DNA from: Octopus sinensis | Taxonomy: Eukaryota | Direction of reading: 5' to 3' | DNA: 64,000 nucleotides | Assembly (NCBI RefSeq): GCF_006345805.1 | Contig: NC_043008.1 | Location: 49,476,001 to 49,540,000 of the forward strand | Shown here: in pieces, positions 12,111-24,451 of the stretch | Position numbering within the stretch: position 1 is the stretch's first letter | Layout: every line of letters begins with the position of its first letter | The notes under the pieces: model-generated | Told to the model about the DNA's origin: nothing | Databases searched by the model: none | Seen by the model: only the letters and a program-made list of their open reading frames with translations | Program-made: the position numbers and the translations under genes

Positions 12111-12384
12111 CTATTATTAATAACACATGTTTGTACATGAAGCAGATATTGATTATCAAAAACAGAAAGACACTAAACACCATAAACTGTGAAAATATAT
12201 TTAAGTATATTCTTGATAAAATTATAGTATAACAAAATAATTTTTTCATTTTAAAGAGTTTTCAAAACACACTTCACAAACAATGGTTAAAAAAAACTGG
12301 GCTGAAGAAATGAATTGGGAAGAATTTCAACAATAGAGAATCAGAACCTGATTTGTTTAGACATTAATAAAAACCAGAATATAG

Positions 12385-12785
12385 GCATCGGAGTGGCTGT
12401 GTGGTAAGTAGCTTGCTTACCAACCACATGGTTCTGGGTTCAGTCCCACTGCATGGCACCTTGGGCAAGCGTCTTCTGCTATAGCCTTGGGCTGACCAAA
12501 ACCTTGTGAGTTGATTTGGTAGATGGAAACTGAAAGAAGCCCGTCGTATATGTGTATATATATGTGTATGTGTGTATATATGTTTGTGTGTCTGTTTGTC
12601 CTCCCAACATCGCTTGACAACCAATGGTGGTGTGTTTACATACCCATAACTTAGCGGTTCGGCAAAAGAGACCGATAGAATAAGCCCTAGGCTTACAAAG
12701 ACTAAGTCCTGGGGTCGATTTGCTCGACTAAAGGCAGTGCTCCAGCATGGCCACAGTCAAATGACTGAAACAAGTAGAAGAGTAA
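12385..12785 (+). mobile_element. SINE family A, full-length copy between the RIN2 and AMACR 3' ends
   Basis: Colinear with 1967-2325. Confidence 0.85.
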
Positions 12786-13203
12786 AAAGTAAACTCTAGA
12801 ACGGTGGTTCACAGTGCCCTGTTTCCACACACTTGTGCATTACAAGAGGTGCATTGGTGCATCACAGAGAGCTAAATGCATCACAGAGTTTAAAAGTGAA
12901 ACTGAATTCGTCACAAAATCCAAATTACTACTTCAGCACCTCAAAAAAATGTGTTCAATCATAATTTTTGTTAAACATATGGTGGTACTCCAGCATGGCC
13001 GCAGTCAAATGACTGAAACAAGTAAAAGAATATTTACGATTAGTAAAAATAACATAGATGTAAGGCAAAGCTAACATCACCAGGATTTGAACTTGGAATA
13101 TAAAATCTGCAAAAACAATTACCATTTGACTTTTCCCTTTCTGATGCTTTAATGGTTCTGCCAGCATGCTGCTGCAGAATTCTTCACCTATTAAAAAGAG
13201 AAA

Positions 13204-16200
13204 TTAAAGTTTAGAATTCAGAGGTGAGTTTTGCATCACAGCTTGAGTTGAAATCAATTCCTTGATTTTTTCTTCTGTAAAATCGATTTCTTTTAAAATC
13301 TTGTGTGTGTGTTGACCAATGACAGGGTCCTCCCTAGCAGACGTAATTGCTGGTGACTTGGACAAGAGAGGAGACGGTGAAGGTACGGAATTGCCATCAG
13401 AATCAATCATAAATGATTTGTTTGTCTTATTATGTGAGTCAAGTGCTGCTTCCTGCAGACTCAACACAGGAGTACAACAGGTATCAATATTTTCAAATTT
13501 ATCAATCCAATATTTCTGTGTTTGATTCAAAAATTTTCCTTTCAATGCCTTTCGAATGTATTCTTGGTCACCACCGAATTGTGGGTAGTCATTTTCATCA
13601 AGTTCCAAAACTTAGAAAAAGAAAAAAAATTCAATCAAAATTTGGAAACAACGTTTTTCTTTTACAAAATTTGACTGGATTTGAAGAAGCTAAAATATAT
13701 GTAAACCTATAAATTTCAACCACACACTTGGTAGTGCCCCAACATGGCCAAACCTGGCAAAAACATTGTATTAGGTTGATGTATAATTATTGCAGCTTTT
13801 TTCAATAAATTTTATTCAACAAAAACACCTTTAAGTGATTATTCTGGAGCATATTCACCATCTACTTCAATTACTGCTTGGCGTTTTGTTTGAAGTCTAT
13901 TGTCAAAAAGCCTCAATAATTATGCACCAACCTAAATATATTCTTCTCTTTTATTCTTTTACTTGTTTCAGTCATTTGACTGCAGCCATGCTGGAGCACT
14001 GCCGTAAAAGGTTTGAATGAGTTGGAGGCTGCTTTGAGCGATTGTCTCCCTTGTGTAGTTGGCTGTCGAATGTGATGAGAAGAGAATGATTTTACAGGAG
14101 TGTTTCTGTAGTCTCTCTATTATAAACATTATCAAAAACATTAGTAGTGGCCATGGGCAGACTGACGAAGTGGGATCAGTGTGAAGTATTCTTAGTTCTT
14201 TGGAATCAATTCAGACTTAAGGAACCAAATAGATGAGTGAGCAACAAACAGAGGTTCGTGTCTATATTTCGAAATGTTGAAGTACATCTAACCTCGTTTG
14301 TCACAGATTTGGTTGAGAAGCAGTGATAAATGAAGCATCTTTGTAAATGGAATGAATGATAGATTCCCTGATACCAAACTTGCAGCCCACAGCAGCAAAG
14401 CTTCCATTGTTGAGTATTTTCTTGATTAGGATAACTTTTTACTGTAGAAAATATGCTTGTCTGCCTCATTCGTTAGAATTTGGTAAATTTATATTTTTTT
14501 CTGTTCATTGGTCCCATGTTGACGGGAATCATCTTCATTAGAAGTCTATTTTCCATGCTGGCATGGGTGGGACGGTTTGAGAGAAGCTGGCAAATTAGAG
14601 GACTGCACCCGGCTTCAGCTGTGTCTTTGCATGGTTTCTATGGCTGCATGCCCTTCCTAATGCCAACCACCACTTTACAGAGTTTACTGGATGCTTTTTA
14701 TGTGGCACCAGCATGGGTGCTCACCATGTGACACTGGCACAAGTGCTTTATATGTGGAACCAGGATGGATACAAGTACTTAAATCTATAGAAAAAAATAT
14801 GCACCTTTTGCAGTTAGTCATGAATAAAAGTGATGGTCATGGCTGGAGGTTGATTTTGTGGTTGAAGCAGAATTTTTGATGAATCATCAAAAGATGTTAT
14901 CACAGTTCAATTTGTGATGAGTATAACATGGTTCACGGTTAAGTGTACCACGTTATCCCAGATTAATGATAAATGAGACAACTTATGGCTGAATATTCCT
15001 CAGCTAATTCTCTATTTTTACAACATGAATCATTTGTAATTACGAAATTCTAAAACAGCAAACTGATCAATAATAAAAGAGAGATCTTGTTATCTTTTAC
15101 TTGTTTCAGTCATTTGACTGTGGCCTTGCTGGGGCACCGCCTTGAAGAATTTTTTTTTAGTTGAATGAATCAACCCTGGTACTTATATTTTTTCAAGCAT
15201 GCTACTTATTCTATCAGTCTCTTCTGCTGAACTGCTAAGTTATGAGGATGTAAACACACCAACACCGGTTGTTAAGCAGAGGTGGAAACACACACACACT
15301 CAATGGACTTCTTTCAGTTTCTGTCAACCAAATCTACTCACAAGGCTTTCATTGGCATCAGGCTATAGCAGAAGACACTTGCCCAAGGTGCCACACAGAG
15401 ATAGCTAGAATACTGCAATAAAAAGGCGGAGAACTGGAAGAAACGTTGGCACACCTGGCAAAATGCTAAGCAGTATTTCATCTGCTGCTATGTTCTGAGT
15501 TCAAATTGCACCGAGGTCGACTTAGCCTTTCATCCTTTCGGGGTCAATTAAATAAGTACCAGTTACGCACTGGGATCGATACAATCGACTTAATCCATTT
15601 GTCCCCTCTGTGATTAGCCCCTTATGGGCAGTAAAGAAATAAGAATACTGCAATAATTCCAAAGTGTGAAGAAAAGAAATGGTATTTGTGCCCCTAATCT
15701 TACCTTTAAGAAGATTGGAATAAAAAAGTGGTTCCAAAGCGCCAACTGCCATGTATTTGCCATCGGATGTCTCGTAAGTATCATAATACGCAGCACCACC
15801 ATCCAAGAGATTTTCCCCTTTAGATTTGCCCCATACTAGGGGTAACTCTTGAGACTTCCATATCCAGCTCCCTGAAATTAGAAAAATCAATAATTTTCAA
15901 GGGGTTCAATTGAGTGAAGTGCCTAAATGTTACAGGCTTTATTGGACCTTTGGAAGTTCAGCCGCAACAGAATTTTACCATTTAGCATTTCAACCAGCCA
16001 GATCCAGCCTCTCACACCCACCCTACAATGTCATTCTAAATATAGACAATAACATCGTCGAAATTTCAAATCTATGAGATAATACAGGATTAATTCAAAT
16101 TAATATGAATGAATTAAGCTTTACATTTGCCAAAGTAATTTGAACGCTAAAGAGATAAACCCCTGAACCAGAAAAGGCACTTTAATCCATTTAACCCTGA

Positions 16201-19200
16201 AGCATTTAAAGTGGCCACATCTGGCTCAAATAACCCACCTGCTTTATGTTCAAACTGGCCAGATCCTGCCTTTCACACCAACCTTACAACGTCTTTCTAA
16301 AATGAATTCATGTCATTGAAATCTCAAAGCTATGAGATAATGCATGGAAGATTACATTTGACAGAATAATCTGAATGCTAAAGGGTTAGAGGAACGGTAT
16401 GAGTGTGTGTGGCGGGAACTTTACCATTCCCATCTCTACCACTCTTTCAACACCATGTTTAACCCTTTCATTACCAGCCTGGCTGAAACCGCCTCTGGCT
16501 CTGAGTACAAATGTCTTGTTTTCAAAAGTTCTGGATTAAAATCTTCCACTAAACCTTAGTCACAATTTATGTTCTTAACACTAGCATAATGATAACTAAG
16601 TGATTTTACTAAATTCTTTGTTATATACAAGATTAAATGAAAGAAACACAGAGCATCTCAACAGAAATACAGTAACGAAAGGGTTAAAGACAGTCAGTCA
16701 AATGTGTCTTTAATTTGCACAAGATTTGGTTGCTATTTCTAACAAGCCAATCTGCAAATTAACCCTTTCATTACCAGCCTGGCTGAAACCAGCTCTGGCT
16801 CTGAGTACAAATGTCTTGTTTACATAAGTTTTGAATTAAAATCTTCCACCAAACCTTACTCACAAATTATGTTCCTAATACTAGCTGAATAATAATAACT
16901 AAGTGATTTTACTAAATTCTTTGTTATATACAAGATTAAATGAAAGAAACACAGAGCATCTCAACAGAAATACAGTAATGAAAGGGTTAATAGTAATCAG
17001 AGTTGTATGAACCCTGTGCCCGTCCCCTGTATCACGTGGCACACACGACATCCATCCATGCATCCTCTACAAAACACAGTCCCAATTATTCTTTTTCATC
17101 CAGCAGAATAACTTGGCACTTATGAAAGGAAAGGTTTATGTTATTCAGAACGTATGAAAGAAGCATTTATGAAAATGCTTTGGACAGGTAAAGGGTCGAA
17201 ATTGAAACATTAAATGAACCCCTAGAAAATTCAGATTTAAATTTGCCATACTTTGTACGTGTGTATAGTTGTGACGAAGATATACTTGAGAGAGAATTAT
17301 AGAATTATCTAAGTACCTCCTCTGCTCCACTAGAAGAACAAAGAGCAGTGATTCAAGTTTTCTGGCCAAAAGGTGTGTCAGGGGCTGAAATCCATCAGAG
17401 GCTTTTAGCACAATATGGGGACTTTTAGGACTACTGAGTAGAAGTGTGTGTGAGTGGGTCAAGAAGTTTATAAGTGGCTGGACGAGCATGACACACGAAG
17501 AGGGAGTAGGACGCCTGTCATCTTCCACTACTGACAAGAAGATTCAGCAAGCCCAAGAGACGGTAATGGTGAACCGGTTTATCATTAACATCTCTCAGAT
17601 TACTGTTCTTTGTTCTTCTTTTGTGCACATTGCTAGTGGAGGGGGCCATGCTTACACTGTGAAGCCAGAAAAAGAAAAAAAATGGTGTGATCAGACTCGA
17701 ACTTCAATCATATGACCCCAATAGTACCAACTATAAACACGGATGCGTAGAGGGTAGCGTGACAATAATGAAGATATGTAAAACTCTGCTTGCAAAGACC
17801 TGTTGAGGCAAGCGAAATCGAAATCGATCAAAAATCAATGGAAATTGTAGTTGTGATACCAGTGCCGGTGGCACATAAAAAGCACCAACCGATCGTGGCC
17901 GTTGCCAGCCTCACCAGGCACGTAAAAAGCACCCACTACACTCACGGAGTGGTTGGCGTTAGGAAGGGCATCCAGCTGTAGAAACACTGCCAGATCAGAC
18001 TGGTGCAGCTTCCTGGCTTCCCAGACCCCGGTCGAACCGTCCAACCCATGCTAGCATGGAAAATGGACGTTAAACGATGATGATGATGATGATGTTATAG
18101 TGAAAGTGCAGATAATTTTTGACTTCCCCTCATATATACATATTCTATAAAGTAAGCCTTTGTACACCAACTAATTTGGTGAAATAAACAAGGTACACTT
18201 ACCAAGGTATGCTGCCCCTGCAGTCATATTATTATCAACCACTTGACCATGACCAGTTTGGGAACGGTAACGAAGAGCAAGCAGAATTCCTATTAAACTC
18301 AGCAGACTGCCACCAGCAAAGTCACCCAAGAGATTAATAGGTGCATGTGGTCGTTCATTTGCACGGCCCAGTGTTGATAATAAACCTGAAAAATCAACAG
18401 AAATCTGAAAATAATGAATTTTATGATGAAATGATATTTTTTATTCTCTTTTTAATATTTCAAAATAATGAACCAGTCTAGGATGACCATAATTCCCTTA
18501 AAAAACTCGTAGAAATTATTGTCGGTTACATTGAGGCTAATACTTGACTTTCCCTTTATTCTTAAAAATTAAAATGGAGACAAAATTTTAAATAATAATT
18601 TCAAATTTTGGCACAAGGCCGGCAATTTCGGAGGAGGGGGGCAGGGGGCTAGTTGATTACATCAACTTCAGTGTTCAACTCGTACTTATTTTATCAACCC
18701 CAAAACACAGATAAAAAGCAAAAGTCAGCTTTAACAGAATTTGAACTCAGACCACGAAGACAGATGAAATGGCTCACCACCGTAACAAAATATCAAACAT
18801 TAAAAGGAAGAACTATTGATACCATTTATGTGTTGGGGGGTAAGTTTTCAATACAGAACAGCATTATGCTGTGCTCTGGGTAAGACTCAGTTTCACGGAC
18901 AACAAACTTTTTATGTTGTATTTTAGACATGGCTGAATTGTTTTATATCACACCAACTGATTGTGGCCATTTGCCAGCCTCCCCTGGCACCTGTGCTAGT
19001 GGCACGTAAAAAACACCCACTACACTCACAGATTGGTTGGCGTTAGGAAGGGCATCCAGCTGTAGAAACACTGCCAAGTCAGACTAGAGCCTGGTGCAGC
19101 CTCCATGGGTTACCAGACACCGGTCGAACCATCCAACCCATGCTAGCATGGAAAATGGATAGATGATGATGATGATGATATAAGGTACCATTTACTTCAC

Positions 19201-22200
19201 AAGAGAGCAGAAGGAAAACAATCTCTTGAGCAAGGCACTAAAAAATGGTGAAATGGCCAAGAGGTTGGAACATAGGTCAAAATAGTTTGTAATGTTTGTC
19301 TTTGATCTCTGGATTCTAGGCTCATTTCTTTGCCAAGGCCAACTTTATCTTCCATCTTTCGTGGCCCATAAAATAAAGTACCAACCCAGAACAAAGGATT
19401 CAATGAATTGTTAGGTCGAAGACAAGACAAGATACCCTGTGGTAGTTATTCCAACCCTGTGTCCTGAGTTCTGGGGAGATAAAACTTGTTGTGTAGTTCA
19501 ACTCCCCACCCCATCCCACCTAATCCTTGGTTGTCCTTATTGAAGTTCCCTGTGCTGCAAATACTCAGACCAAGTCTTTGATGTGGGGCTAACCTCTGCT
19601 CTTTTGACACCATCAGTTTCAGAAACCCTTAAAAAAAATTGTGGGGGGTGAATAGCTAGACTATGGGTGTAACGTTTCCTTCCTCAACTAAATGAAAAAA
19701 ACCCACCTGTTACAATTATTGGGAGCAAAGCAAGAGAGAGAGAGAGAAAGAGGAGGTGGGATAGCACAGTGTTCAATGGTGTAATAAGGGTTTTGACTGC
19801 TTCTCCCCACCCAACTCCTTAAATGTAACATACCTTCCACTACAGCAAACGTGCATATAAAGTGGCTGCCCCCACCATACGGCACCACTGATAGTCTTAT
19901 GACCTCAAATTATTTCAATACATCCCCTTATATGAGAATAAAAGATGATAGAAAGTTGAAGAATGAACTAAAAAGGGTCAGACTGCAAATTCAATTTCAA
20001 ACACTGCCACAACAGACAGTTGGAGCCTGGCCAGCTCTGGTCAAACTGTCCAACCTATGCCAGCATGGAAAACAAACGCTAAATGACGATGACGAAGATA
20101 AGGCTATTACTCATAGGCATAGACTGCAACCAACGGAACTGAAAAATATCCACAATGCCCTTCACTTTCTGAAAAGCATCCTGCTATAAGATATTTTGCA
20201 TCAGTAATTCTTTGAAATATCCTAATAATTGGAAGCGCCAAATAGCCAACCATTCATTGGGGACTTTCCTCACCTTTTAAACAATTGTATAATTCCAGAC
20301 AATCACATCCATCCATAGATGATTAATATTTCAGTGGAAGGAATATCCAGCTCTTTTTATTTAATGGAAATGGTTAACAGGTGTTTCTTTAGAAAATTAC
20401 TATTTCTAAATCTCACAACGAGAGATATTCAGCAATAGTACTTTGGAGCAAAGATTGTTTGCCAACATAACATGGCAGTCCTGGTTTAAGATGAATGTTG
20501 CTGTAATTTAGCCCCAGGAGACATTGTCTCCAGCTGGCTATACGACACAATCTGTGTCCTTATATTTTCAAACAAGGGAATCTAGCACCCCTCCCCCCAC
20601 TCAGCTCAAAACAATATCTGTGTATCGCGGTTTCTGGGTTATTTCCCTTCATCAGCACAGATTAATCGTTTGGCTGGCGTTTCTTTCTTATCTATGACAA
20701 AATTAAGTTGACGATGGGTTCTTACCATATTTATCCATGTATAACATGCACTCATGTATAACCCTTTGGCATTTAAACCAGTCATGTCCAGCCAAAATAT
20801 TCTACCACCTGTTTTATCTCCAAACTGGTCATCTCTGGCCTTTCACACCTACCCTACAATGTCATTTTAGAAAGAAACAATCACATCATCAAAATCTCAA
20901 AGCTATCAAATAATGCAGGATTAATTTAAAATGAAGTGGAAACATAAGCATTATGTTTGAAATTGCAATCCAAATACCAAAGGGATAAGGTGCACCCCTA
21001 TTTTGGGAGCAGTTGAAATGCGAGAAAAAGAAAATGTCTCATCTACAATACATGCTGACATTTCTACAGAGTATCCAGGAAGAAAAGTGATGTAATTAAA
21101 AAAAAAATGCTGGAATTGATTCATTCAACTGAAAAATTCTTCAAAGCTGTGCCCCAGCATGGCCACAGTCTAATGTCTGAAACAAGTAAAAGACATAGAA
21201 ATTAAAGAATGAATCCAGCAACAATGGGTTAAGTAAATACTTCAAAACTGGCGAATCATGCAGCATTGCTTTTTTTCTTCTTTTTACTTGGTTTTCAAAA
21301 TATTCTTTGGATTTCTAAGTTTTGAACATCAGAAAATATACATTATTTACATTTGATGGATATTTGTCCTCATCTTGTTTGTTGTAAATACGTTTCGGCT
21401 GATATACCCTCCAGCCTTCATCAGGTGTCTTGGGCAAATTTCGAACCTGGGTTCTCATTCCTAAGGAATTTTTCGATGCTATTATTATTTAGGTCACTGC
21501 TTGGAATCAAACTCGAAATCTTGGGGTTAGTAGCCCACGCTCTTAATCACTACGCCATATGCTACTAACATCAAGATTCCGAGTTCAATTCCAAGCAGTG
21601 ACCTGAATAATAATAATAATGCCCTGATGCAGTACCAGGCAGTGGCTCTCGTGGCTTCTGATCTTAACTGGTTGGAAAGTGTTATCATGTACATTGTTTT
21701 GTCTTGGTATAAAAGATGGGCTACAGCAAATATTCTGCTCAATACCAGATATGCTTGTCAGTTGTTTGACCTTAACCTGTTGAGCATGTCCCTTAGTGGC
21801 TGACAATATGTGCATCTCTGATCATGAGCAGAAGTAGTGGGGGAGCATCATAGCCATGTGTTGAGAGGGATTCTTTGGGGTTTGAATAATTCACCTTTGG
21901 AAACATGGGTGGTTTGTTCAACATCCTTAAACAATCCTTATTTAGGGACCTTTTGAGCTGGATGGGCTACTTGACCAGAAGAAAATTCTAACTGGGTCTC
22001 ACCTGCAAGGTCATGTGTTGTTTATCTTGATATGAGATCACCATGTTGCACACATATAGTTGTGATGCATGTGCCTGGTGTACCTTTATCAGACGGGTAG
22101 TCATGATGGGTATACTGGGCTTCGTATATTTTACCCCAGTGTCACTTTGATGGCATGCGCTGCTCTCTCACTCAATAATAATAATAACAACAATAACATC

Positions 22201-23096
22201 AAAAAATACTTTAGGAATGAGAACCCAGGTTCGAAATTTCCCCAAGACACCTGACGAAGGCCGGAGGGTATATAAACCGAAACATGTTAACAACAAACAA
22301 GATGAGGACAAATATCCGTCAAATGTAAATAATGTACATATTTCCTCATCTCTTAAATATAGAACTGTATCAGAAAATATGTTTGTTCTTAATCACACAC
22401 AGAGTTACTTACATAAAATCATTAAAAAGCAAGAATAAAGCCATTCTTACCAGATATGGCAAGAAAATTGATGTCATGTCCAACTCTTTTTGCCAAAGAT
22501 CCATTCTGTCCAAAGCCAGAAAGTCTGGTATAAATCAATCTTGGATTAACAGACAATAAACTTTCAGGTCCTAAACCATATTTTTCCATGACTCCTAGAA
22601 AATGAAATAGCAATATGAATAAGGAACAAGAACGAGGGACAATGCTTAAGTACACATACTAAGTAGGACAATGCTAAGTACACATACAGTAGGATTTCAC
22701 ATACATAATTTTTTGAACATCATTGGAGAAGATTACATCTAATAAGGGAGATAACTCCATATTTTCGGAAAATAAATGTTGATGTCTTTAAAAAAGCAAT
22801 TGACGAAAGTAACAGACATGCTTCAGTCTTGTTGGGTCTTATCAGTTACGGATATTCTATGCAGTTTGCAGACTTAAAGGAGTGATCAGCATAGAAAGAA
22901 ATAAAGAGACTATAGGAAGAGGGGTAGCTATAGGGTAAAAATTTTTACTTCCCAATCACATATGTCTGGGTTCAGTCCCACTGCATGCACTTTGGACAAG
23001 TGTCTTCTACTGTGGCATTAGGCCAAAAAATTCACTTGGGTATATTCTTGAGAGTAAAAATTCAAAGACATCATAATTAGGTATAAATATATCATT

Positions 23097-23127
<31 letters not shown>

Positions 23128-23560
23128 ATGCTTGTGTGTGTGTGTGTATGTATGTATGTATATGCTTGTGTGTGTGTGTGTATGTATGTATGTATATGCT
23201 TGTGTGTGTGTTTGTATGTATGTATGTATATATGCTTGTGTGTGTGTGTATATGCTTGTGTGTGTGTGTGTATATGCTTGTGTGTGTGTGTGTGTGTATA
23301 TGCTTGTGTGTGTGTGTGTATGTATGTTATGCTTGTGTGTGTGTGGTGTATGTATGTATGTATATGCTTGTGTTGTGTGTGTGTGTGTATGTATGCTTGT
23401 GTGTGTGTGTATGTATGTATATGCTTGTGTGTGTGTGTGTGTGTATGTATAATGCTTGTGTGTGTGTATGTAGTATGTATATGCTTGTGTTGTGTGTGTG
23501 TGTGTGGTATGTATATGCTTGTGTGTGTGTGGTGTGTGTGTGTGTGTGTATGTATATGCT

Positions 23561-23591
<31 letters not shown>

Positions 23592-24419
23592 ATATGCTTG
23601 TGTGTGTGTGTGTGTATGTATGTATATGTGTGTGTGTCTGTGTTTGTCCTCCCACCATCTCTTGACAACCGATGTTGGTATGTTTACATCCCTGTAACTT
23701 CTTAGCAGTTCAGCAAAAGGCACCGATAGAATAAGCACTAAACTTACAAAGAATAAGTCCTGGGGTCGATTTATTCGACTAAAGGCAGTGCTCCAGCATG
23801 GCAGCATGGTCAAATGCCTGAAACGAATAAAAAACAAATAAAAGAATAAGAGAAACTCTACCTGTTCGGAAAGGTTCAATGAGGACATCAGACGTCTCAC
23901 ACAATCTTTTGATTATCTGCGTTCCACTGGGCTTCTTCATATCAACACATATTGATTCTTTGCCACGGCCCAACGTATCAATTGAATACTGAGGTTGAGG
24001 CTGCAACAGATGAGGGAAATCAATCAGAAATACAGAAGCATCTTATATTTCTTGCATCAGTTGCACTCATTGACCTCTAGCCATACAGGAGCATCTCCCT
24101 CAATGGATGGAAGTTGGTTTTAATGGTCCCAGATCTTAGTCCAGTGAAGTCGCATAGCCTAAGGATGAGAGGGTTGCACTCACCATCACAAGGTTGTGGT
24201 TTCGATTCCTGAACTGGGCAGTGCATTGAGTTCTTGAGCAAAACACTTCATTTTATGTTGCTCCAAGTCCACTCAGCCGTAAATGAATAACACTTGACCA
24301 CCTGGCATCCTCTTCGAGGAGGATGCTGCGATCTTGGTCACATGGTAACCAGTTAACTGGCCTCATATCAGGTAGCTGGCCCTGTGAGTTCCAGAACTCA
24401 GGACAGTAATGTTCAAAAG

Positions 24420-24451
<32 letters not shown>

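Noticed and set aside
17300-17345. Candidate AMACR exon (VEQRRYL, similar to VEGxAYL)
   Set aside because: The real sequence (TAGAAYL) is in exon 18385-18203; this stretch is the antisense of a mariner fragment.
21490-21563. tRNA gene
   Set aside because: It has A/B boxes but no complete cloverleaf and continues into a repeat body, so it is a SINE head. The same applies to the other tRNA-like heads in the window.
23007-23900. Long ORFs (up to 297 aa) rich in H/T/Y or V/C/M
   Set aside because: They are translations of the (GT)/(ATGT) microsatellite, which lacks stop codons by composition.
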